From NCBI GenBank assembly GCA_021208605.1, contig JAJOJK010000002.1:37606-101605 (forward strand): a stretch of 64,000 bases of DNA. The letters run 5' to 3'. A model generated the notes under the pieces. The model did not search any database. It saw nothing but the letters and a program-made list of their open reading frames with translations, and had not been told where the DNA came from. A program made the translations under genes and the position numbers. Positions 11,726 through 18,660 of this stretch are shown piece after piece; position 1 is the first letter of the stretch, and the number at the start of each line of letters is the position of its first letter. This DNA is from Candidatus Woesebacteria bacterium. Lineage in GTDB: Bacteria; Patescibacteriota; Microgenomatia; UBA1400; UBA1396.

Positions 11726-13315
11726 TTAACGAGACACTTCTAAACGCCGAATAGCAACGCTCTGCGTTACGGCCATGAGTACAACAATGAATACTGCACT
11801 GCCGAAAAATACGGCGAGCCAGGCAAAAACACTGGAACTCATCCACACGTATACGCTGAGCGCTATGAATACCAAGGATATACCAAGTGTGATAAAACCT
11901 TGCAAGCTTGTGCTGAGTTGGTCTGGTTGGTCGCCGGCGTGCCATTGTGGAGTCCAAAAACCCAAGAGCGTATGCAAGAAAACGAGGAAAAAGACACCGA
12001 GTGTGCTGGTTGCTGCCAGCCACGCTTTTTCCTGTGCCGGTATGGGCATCAGGAGCCAGCCGATATCAATCATCATGGCCAAGAAACTCGCCAAAAAGAG
12101 CCCAAATGTGAGTTTTGTAGTGAGCAGTGTTCGGCATGAGACCGGTTCCGTAAGCGTATGCCAGGCTGATCGAGACTCCCGCGCCAATAGCGGAAATGTT
12201 AGTCGCAAGAAAAACGCAGTAGCGAGAAACAGTACGGTCCCCAGGCCAAAAGGCAGCAAACTCTCAAGCTGCGCTTGCAGCTCTGGGTTAAGCGTAATAG
12301 CTCGATGTAAAAAGAAGAAAAAGAAAATCACCAGGCCAGTGAAAAAGAAAAAGAAGTTCGTCTCACTTTTTGTGCGCAGAAATGCGATGATTTCTCGCCA
12401 TAATTGTGGCGCTTGGTACCACTGGTGAATAATTGTTCGAGTAGTTGGTGCATGTACTGACTGAGCGGCCGCGTAGATCCGTCGGAATACGGCTGTTTGC
12501 CAAGCTATCAACCCCACGGTCAAAAGTACGATGTCCACCAGGGTCATGCCAAAAAGTAACACGTTTTCGCCTGTTAATGGATACAACAACCATCGGCTCA
12601 CAAACCAGGGCTGGTTCAGTGGGAGTTGCGTAAAGGCGCTGCTAAATTGATCAATATCTATTCGCAACAGTGCGCGCAGTGAACTTGGCAAAATACTCTG
12701 CAAAATCAAGTAACTCAAGCCGATCGCACCCGCACCGAAAATCCAGCTTGCAGTGCGGCGGTAAGTTCGTACAAGAGGCCCGGCTAACCAAGCCAAAGTC
12801 GTAGCTGTTGTTTGTATAAACAGCGTCAATGCCACACTTATGGCAACTAACGACACGGTTGTTACTGTCCAAGGGAAAACAGGATACACACGTGCAAAAC
12901 CGAGGGATGGTGGGAGCCACACAAAACTCAAAAGGAGCGCATTCGGGATGAGCATGCGCACGTGGTGCCATAGGGTCAGAAAAACAGCCGGTACTGGTTG
13001 CGCTAACAGCCAGTCCCATTCTTGCGTGCGTTGCCACAGTTGATTGGTGGCAAGCACGAAGCTGGAGAGCAATGTGAACCAGAGAGATGTTACTAATGCC
13101 GCGTGCAGAATATACTCAGCAGTTAGGCGGCCGTAGGGTTCGTATTGGCTCAACGAAAAGAAATAGTAGTAGGCAACTTGATGAAATACCCAAGCAATGC
13201 CTCCAAAAAAAAGAATGCTGATTACAGCCAGCACACTCTTAGCAATGAGATTATCACGAAACCAGTTTCGAGCTTGGCGGAAGTCGGTTTGGAGAAGTGA
13301 GATGAGTTCGCTCAT
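11726..13315 (-). CDS. Putative ABC exporter permease
   Basis: About 12 TM segments; PLLARESRSAW...EPVS...TTK motif typical of ABC-2 permeases; adjacent to an ABC ATPase. Confidence 0.8.
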   Translation of the reverse strand: MSELISLLQTDFRQARNWFRDNLIAKSVLAVISILFFGGIAWVFHQVAYYYFFSLSQYEPYGRLTAEYILHAALVTSLWFTLLSSFVLATNQLWQRTQEWDWLLAQPVPAVFLTLWHHVRMLIPNALLLSFVWLPPSLGFARVYPVFPWTVTTVSLVAISVALTLFIQTTATTLAWLAGPLVRTYRRTASWIFGAGAIGLSYLILQSILPSSLRALLRIDIDQFSSAFTQLPLNQPWFVSRWLLYPLTGENVLLFGMTLVDIVLLTVGLIAWQTAVFRRIYAAAQSVHAPTTRTIIHQWYQAPQLWREIIAFLRTKSETNFFFFFTGLVIFFFFFLHRAITLNPELQAQLESLLPFGLGTVLFLATAFFLRLTFPLLARESRSAWHTLTEPVSCRTLLTTKLTFGLFLASFLAMMIDIGWLLMPIPAQEKAWLAATSTLGVFFLVFLHTLLGFWTPQWHAGDQPDQLSTSLQGFITLGISLVFIALSVYVWMSSSVFAWLAVFFGSAVFIVVLMAVTQSVAIRRLEVSR

Positions 13316-13318
13316 GGA

Positions 13319-14023
13319 TTATTGGGTGTGTGTTTCGTAGAGCGTCTGAAGTTTTTTACGGCCCACGGATTCGCTTGTTTTCAGTTCGCCATCGGCGAGA
13401 ATGATAACTTGATCGGCAAACTGTTCGGCAAAGTCGAGCGTGTGTAGCGCTAGCAAAACACTGCCGCCGTCGTCGGCAAAACGGCGCAACTGGTCACCGA
13501 ACTGCTGAATACTGGTCGGATCGAGTCCCACAATGGGTTCATCACTGAGTAGTACTCGAGGTTGACTCAGCAAGGCGCCCAAAAACAGGATTTTTTGACG
13601 TGAACCGCGGGATTGGTCACCCAATGGCTCTTGGAGAGAAGGCAAATTCGGAAATATATGCGTTATGGAAGCGATGTGCTCTTTGACATCTTCTTTGTTG
13701 AGCCCACGTGTGGCAGCAGTGAGATGGAGGTACTCTTCTCCACTCAAATAGGGATAGACTTGTGGCTCGTCGGATAAATACACGAATTCGCGCCGTGCTT
13801 CGACTGGTTTTTCAATCAAGTTATATTCACCGTACTGGACGACCCCTTCGGTTGGCGCTATAAGGCCAGTGAGAATGCGGAATAATGTTGTTTTACCGGC
13901 GCCATTGGGGCCAAGTAAGGCGGTGACTTTCCCTTTGGGAAGTGAAAATGAAATATCTTTGAGAACTGTGCGGGAGCCAAAACGGTGGGTAACTGACTCT
14001 ACGCGAAGCGGGGCGTGTGACAT
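13319..14023 (-). CDS. ABC transporter ATP-binding protein
   Basis: GPNGAGKTT, degenerate signature QSRGSRQK, Walker B LLSDEP, H-loop. Confidence 0.95.
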   Translation of the reverse strand: MSHAPLRVESVTHRFGSRTVLKDISFSLPKGKVTALLGPNGAGKTTLFRILTGLIAPTEGVVQYGEYNLIEKPVEARREFVYLSDEPQVYPYLSGEEYLHLTAATRGLNKEDVKEHIASITHIFPNLPSLQEPLGDQSRGSRQKILFLGALLSQPRVLLSDEPIVGLDPTSIQQFGDQLRRFADDGGSVLLALHTLDFAEQFADQVIILADGELKTSESVGRKKLQTLYETHTQ

Positions 14024-14079
14024 AGATTCAGTGTACGGAAAAACGAAAAGTGACGCAAGGGTATATGGATGAAAAGGGG

Positions 14080-14111
14080 AAAGAATGGGCTGGCCTTTGT
14101 AGGGCCAGCCC
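14080..14111 (-). terminator. Intrinsic terminator of the small lipoprotein gene
   Basis: 9-bp stem GGGCTGGCC/GGCCAGCCC followed on the minus strand by ATTCTTT. Confidence 0.75.
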
Positions 14112-14124
14112 GTGGTGCTCCGTT

Positions 14125-14277
14125 TTAGGTGGTCGGTGTCATGACTGGCACCGGCACCGGCATTGGAGCAGGTGTCTCGACCGTCGGCGCAAGGGCCGGC
14201 TCGGTCGACGTAGTTTCAGTTTGGGTGCAGGCCGCCATGGCAAGCACCAAAAGAATAATACTGAAAAAACGTTTCAT
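14125..14277 (-). CDS. 50-aa Pro/Thr-rich lipoprotein (not in the ORF track)
   Basis: MKRFFSIILLVLAMAAC-TQTETTSTEPALAPTVETPAPMPVPVPVMTPTT*: type II signal peptide with Cys17; SD GGAGGT; own promoter and terminator. Confidence 0.85.
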   Translation of the reverse strand: MKRFFSIILLVLAMAACTQTETTSTEPALAPTVETPAPMPVPVPVMTPTT

Positions 14278-14295
14278 TTTTTTCTACCTCCGCAC

Positions 14296-14344
14296 ATTTA
14301 CGTATACCTCATCTCACCCCTGATGAAATCAAGTACACGCAAAT
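14296..14344 (-). promoter_or_regulatory. Long 5'-UTR hairpin
   Basis: ATTTGCGTGTACTTGATTTCATC-AGG-GGTGAGATGAGGTATACGTAAAT: 22 of 23 positions pair, 5 of them as G-U. Confidence 0.75.
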
Positions 14345-14360
14345 CAGTAAGGCTAGCGTT

Positions 14361-14389
14361 ATTATAGGCCTATAAGTAGCAAATGTCAA
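14361..14389 (-). promoter_or_regulatory. Consensus sigma70 promoter with overlapping palindrome
   Basis: TTGACA-17 nt-TATAAT; the 14-bp perfect palindrome TTATAGGCCTATAA (14362-14375) overlaps the -10. Confidence 0.88.
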
Positions 14390-14404
14390 TATTATGGGAT
14401 GAAA

Positions 14405-15808
14405 TTACTCTGCTTCGACAACGCGCAAGTGCAGCTCTTTCAGCTGTTCGTCACTTACATCGGCTGGAGCATCCATAATGGCGGTGCGTCCAGTAGAAGT
14501 CATTGGGAAAGCAATGGTCTCTTTGAGTGATGTCTCACCAGCGAGGAGCATTACCAAGCGGTCCAAGCCTAAGGCGATACCACCATGAGGTGGAGTGCCC
14601 AGTTCGAAAGCGCGCAGCATATGGCCGATGCTCTCTTCGATTTCTTGATCGGAGTAGCCCATTATACGGAAGGTTTGTTTCAACACTTCTGGTTGATGAG
14701 CGCGAATGCTTCCGCCACCGACTTCGTAGCCGTTACAGATCAAGTCATATTGATAGGTCATGATGTTTTCAATGTTTTCACCCGCCAAATGATCGTCCAA
14801 GTGCTCTTTGTGCGGCATGCTAAATGGGTTATGGGTGAATGTCCAACCGCTTTTTCCGTCGCGGACTTCGGCAACGTCTTTTTTATCTACTTTTTTAAAG
14901 AATGGCCAGTCAATCACCCAAGCAAAGGCTAAAACGCCCTGCTCTTTTTCTTCTTCAGAGCGCAAGTCAAAACGATCTTCACCATACTGCTCCATTGCTT
15001 CGGCATAGGTAAAGACCGGGAACGTTTCATCGCGCAAAACGCCACCCATTTCTTTCATGGCTGTTTTCACCATCTGCTCCACGAATCCAGTCACGTCTTC
15101 TTGGGTGGCAAAGCTCATCTCCAAATCGAGCTGGGTGAATTCAAAACCACGGTCAGCGCGCAAGTCCTCGTCACGAATACAGCGGGCAAATTGGAAGTAG
15201 CGTTCAACACCAGCCGTCATTAACAGCTGTTTGTATTGCTGTGGGCTCTGTGGAAGGGCGTAGAACTTACCAGCGTTAAAACGGGAAGGCACAATGAAGT
15301 CACGGGCGCCTTCTTTGGTAGATTTGGTTAAAAGTGGTGTTTCCACTTCAACAAAGTTTTCGGCGTAGAGCTGGTCACGCAGGGCGCGAGAAAAAGCTGA
15401 TCGCATTCGTACAATCTTTTGCATGCGTTCGCGACGGAGATCTAAATAACGATATTTCAAGCGAACTTCTTCGTTTTCTTTGCGGCCATCTTCTTTGACT
15501 AAAATAGGAAGTTCTTCAGCTTTGTTGAGGATTTCGTATTCTTGGACTTCAATCTCGACTGTGCCGGTGGGGAGATCAGGGTTAATGAGTTTTTCGGGGC
15601 GTGCTTTGACGAGACCAGTCAAACTCACTACGGACTCAACCGTGAGTTCGCTCATCATCTTGAAACCAACACACTGCACCACACCAGAACGGTCCCGTAG
15701 ATCAATAAAAGTGATTTTGCCGTGATCGCGCTTGGTATCGACCCAACCATTGAGAGTAACGGTTTCACCAACTTGGTGTACGGTGTCGAGAATAAGTGTA
15801 CGTGTCAT
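14405..15808 (-). CDS. aspS: Aspartate--tRNA ligase (short form, no GAD insertion)
   Basis: RDHG..FIDLRDRSG, YALPQSPQQYKQLLM, RDEDLRADR..EFTQLDLE, PPHGGIALGLDR. Confidence 0.96.
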   Translation of the reverse strand: MTRTLILDTVHQVGETVTLNGWVDTKRDHGKITFIDLRDRSGVVQCVGFKMMSELTVESVVSLTGLVKARPEKLINPDLPTGTVEIEVQEYEILNKAEELPILVKEDGRKENEEVRLKYRYLDLRRERMQKIVRMRSAFSRALRDQLYAENFVEVETPLLTKSTKEGARDFIVPSRFNAGKFYALPQSPQQYKQLLMTAGVERYFQFARCIRDEDLRADRGFEFTQLDLEMSFATQEDVTGFVEQMVKTAMKEMGGVLRDETFPVFTYAEAMEQYGEDRFDLRSEEEKEQGVLAFAWVIDWPFFKKVDKKDVAEVRDGKSGWTFTHNPFSMPHKEHLDDHLAGENIENIMTYQYDLICNGYEVGGGSIRAHQPEVLKQTFRIMGYSDQEIEESIGHMLRAFELGTPPHGGIALGLDRLVMLLAGETSLKETIAFPMTSTGRTAIMDAPADVSDEQLKELHLRVVEAE

Positions 15809-15822
15809 GCGTGTATTCTACA

Positions 15823-16941
15823 CTACGCATCAATGCCGATGACTTCGGAAATGTGACCAAAGCCGTCTCGTTCGAGCAGTTCGGCCATGCCCAGATGAAT
15901 GCGGCCGATGACTTGTGGCCCACCATAGATCATACCGGTCACAAACTGAAGTAATGTAGCGCCCAAACGCATTTTTCGATACGCGTCTTCAGCAGTGAAA
16001 ATTCCGCCACAACCTACAATTACCAGATCTTTGCCAGCATGACGATAGGCCACGCGAATGAGGCGATCAGAAAGCGCTTGCGTGGGCTTCCCGCTTAACC
16101 CGCCATGCGAAGGAAATTGTTGCGCTTCGGTTCGCCAAATACGAGGGTTGTCACGTTTCTTAGTGAGGTTGCCAATAATAATACCCGTAATGCTGAAATC
16201 ACGAATAACGTCCAGCAATTCACGGCAGTGATCGTCGGTGATATCGACTGGCATTTTAATAAATATTGGTTTTTTGATCTTGAGCGATTCAATGGCAGCT
16301 AAAAGTTGGCGCAACACAGCGGGATCATACAAAGAGATCTTCGTGTGCAGATTCGGACAACTAATATTCACTTCATAGTAGGAAACGGATGCTGGATCTT
16401 TTAGTATTTCAAAAGCAGTGACATACTCAGCGACTAACTCTTCGAGCGTATCGTAGTGTTTATTGGTCGCGCCAATACTCGCGCCAACCGGAATCTGTGG
16501 AGCTAAAGAATCCAACACTTCTTTTAAGGCTTGGGCTCCTGGAGATTTGAAGCCTTTATTAACCCAGAGAGATTTCGACTTTTTGAGTCGGCCATAGAGC
16601 GGCGGTTTATTTCCACCATATGCACCCGCCGTGATCGTGCCAACAGTATGCCAGCCAATCCCCAGGGCGTCGGTGATCGTACTGGTTTTGCCAAGATAGT
16701 CGTATCCGGCAGCAATACCCAGCGGAACCGGAACTGTCATGCCGGCGACGGTTTGCTCGAGGCGGGGGTCTTGGTAGTTCCAGGCCGCTCGAAAGAAGCC
16801 AGTAATCAGTGGTACGCGACCGAGTACTTCGCCCGCGTTAAGAAAGTTTTCATGGATGTGGTCAGGGTGAATAGAAAACAACAATGGCTTTATTACGGCA
16901 TGATAGCCCCAATCAGACACGTCACTGACAACTCGGATCAT
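15823..16941 (-). CDS. pyrD: Dihydroorotate dehydrogenase, class 2 (quinone-type)-like
   Basis: N-terminal KPLLF..PDHIH extension, GIAAG, NISCPN, GGLSGKP, GCGGIF, GMIYGGP. Confidence 0.88.
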   Translation of the reverse strand: MIRVVSDVSDWGYHAVIKPLLFSIHPDHIHENFLNAGEVLGRVPLITGFFRAAWNYQDPRLEQTVAGMTVPVPLGIAAGYDYLGKTSTITDALGIGWHTVGTITAGAYGGNKPPLYGRLKKSKSLWVNKGFKSPGAQALKEVLDSLAPQIPVGASIGATNKHYDTLEELVAEYVTAFEILKDPASVSYYEVNISCPNLHTKISLYDPAVLRQLLAAIESLKIKKPIFIKMPVDITDDHCRELLDVIRDFSITGIIIGNLTKKRDNPRIWRTEAQQFPSHGGLSGKPTQALSDRLIRVAYRHAGKDLVIVGCGGIFTAEDAYRKMRLGATLLQFVTGMIYGGPQVIGRIHLGMAELLERDGFGHISEVIGIDA

Positions 16942-16944
16942 AGT

Positions 16945-17403
16945 CTACTCGCTCTTTTCTGTATTCTTTTGTTCTTGACGACGACTCCACCAAAAGCCCA
17001 CCGTAGTAAAGAAAATAAGTGTGGAAGTTATTGCCGAAATCATACAGAACAAACAGTAGGCGCCAATAACCACAGCTTGCAAGTACACCAAGAACAAGGA
17101 GAATAAAAAGCCGGATGTCGCTAACAGAAGCAGCACGTTGGTCAAACTCTGCTTCGGTTGCACCATGACGAGGTGATAAGTGGCTAACAAGAACACGGTG
17201 GCATAGAATCCGAATCCGAGAACCGATAGCGGAACGGGTCCAATGTGGGCCCAAGCGCTATCGAGCACCGCTCCACAGTCAAAACCAGGAATATTTTGAC
17301 AAATAGAAGGAACATTGGCCCATTCTTCATAGGTGATGTAACCAGAATCGGCCAGGCCAACCATGCTTAAAAAGATGAGAAGAAGGTTTAACAAAGTACT
17401 CAT
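16945..17403 (-). CDS. Vitamin K epoxide reductase (VKOR) family protein
   Basis: C...DCGAVLDSAWA..GPVPLS.LG and the YCLFC redox motif; four TMs. Confidence 0.93.
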   Translation of the reverse strand: MSTLLNLLLIFLSMVGLADSGYITYEEWANVPSICQNIPGFDCGAVLDSAWAHIGPVPLSVLGFGFYATVFLLATYHLVMVQPKQSLTNVLLLLATSGFLFSLFLVYLQAVVIGAYCLFCMISAITSTLIFFTTVGFWWSRRQEQKNTEKSE

Positions 17404-17455
17404 ACTCTGATTCTATACTGTTTTGTGTTCTTTTTCCCCTTATACTGTGAGACAC

Positions 17456-18654
17456 ATGCCTTTGTCAATGGAACAGAAAAACGTACTGCGCGATATCGCG
17501 GCGTGGCTCTCGAGTGGACGACAGCAAACCCTCACTTTAGGTGGGTATGCCGGTACCGGGAAAACTACCGTCGTTGCGGCATTACGTTTGCTCCTCAAAA
17601 AGCAGCGTCCCAATTGGCGCGTTGCTTTTGCGGCCTATACCGGTAAAGCCACCCAAGTCCTGGCTGAAAAATTAGCCCGCACAAAACTCGAACTTTCCAA
17701 GGATACGATTAGCACGTTGCACTCGTTGCTCTATGAACCCCTTACCGGTCCCTCAGGTCGAATTACTGGCTGGAATCGCAAAAACACCATTCCCTACGAT
17801 TTACTTATCGTTGACGAGGCTTCCATGCTTACCCGAGAAATGTGGCAGGATATTAAGGGTTTTGGCGTGCCAGTCTTAGCAGTGGGAGATCACGGTCAGC
17901 TGCCGCCAATTGGCGACAATTTCGATCTCATGAAGGCGCCGCAACTACGTTTAACGACGATTCATCGTCAAGCGGAAGAAAGTCCTATTATTCACGTTGC
18001 AACTCTGGCGCGCGAACAGGGACACATTCCCGTCGAGAAATTTGGGCCCAAGTCCGAAAGTATGATATGACCGGCAGTGATGCGCAACTGCTTATTGAAG
18101 AACTCTATCAATCGTATCGACCAGACACGCTATTTTTAACCGGTTTTAATGACAGCCGCATCGGCATCAATCACTCGATTCGACAAACGCTCTACCGCGA
18201 TCCTGATCGTCCCGAAAGTGGCGATCAAGTTATTTGTTTGCGCAACAACTGGCAAAAAGGGATTTATAACGGCATGATGGGCGTACTTCAGTCAGTAAAA
18301 GTGGCTGAAAATCCCTCTGATGAATACAGTTCGTATGATATTGATGTCGTTGCGCAAGATGGGCAATCTCTCTATTCGGGACTGGCTATTGCCGAACAGT
18401 TTGGGGCAGACAACACGCTCAACCTCACACCGAAAGAACGAGAAAATATTGGCGAACTCTTCGACTATGGATATGCCCTAACCGTTCACAAAGCCCAGGG
18501 AAGCCAAGCACGTAAGGTTCTTGTCATTGAAGAGCGTTCGCAGCATACCTCAGATGAGGAATGGGCACGGTGGCTCTATACAGCGGTCACCCGGGCTGAA
18601 GAAGAGCTCTACATTTTTGGCGCGCCCGAGCCGTACTCCAGACCTGGCAAATAA
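17456..18654 (+). CDS. SF1B RecD/Dda-like ATP-dependent helicase, split by a 1-nt deletion near 18050
   Basis: GYAGTGKTT, DEASM, GDHGQLPP and HRQ in the first part; YALTVHKAQGS and LYTAVTRA in the second. Adding one A to CCCAAGTC restores FGPKVRKYDMTG. Confidence 0.88.
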
Positions 18655-18660
18655 CTTCCT

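Noticed and set aside
18040-18070. Programmed ribosomal frameshift in the helicase (also dus and the methyltransferase)
   Set aside because: No convincing slippery heptamer with a stimulatory structure; three unrelated genes show the same 1-nt-deletion pattern, which suggests a sequencing artefact.
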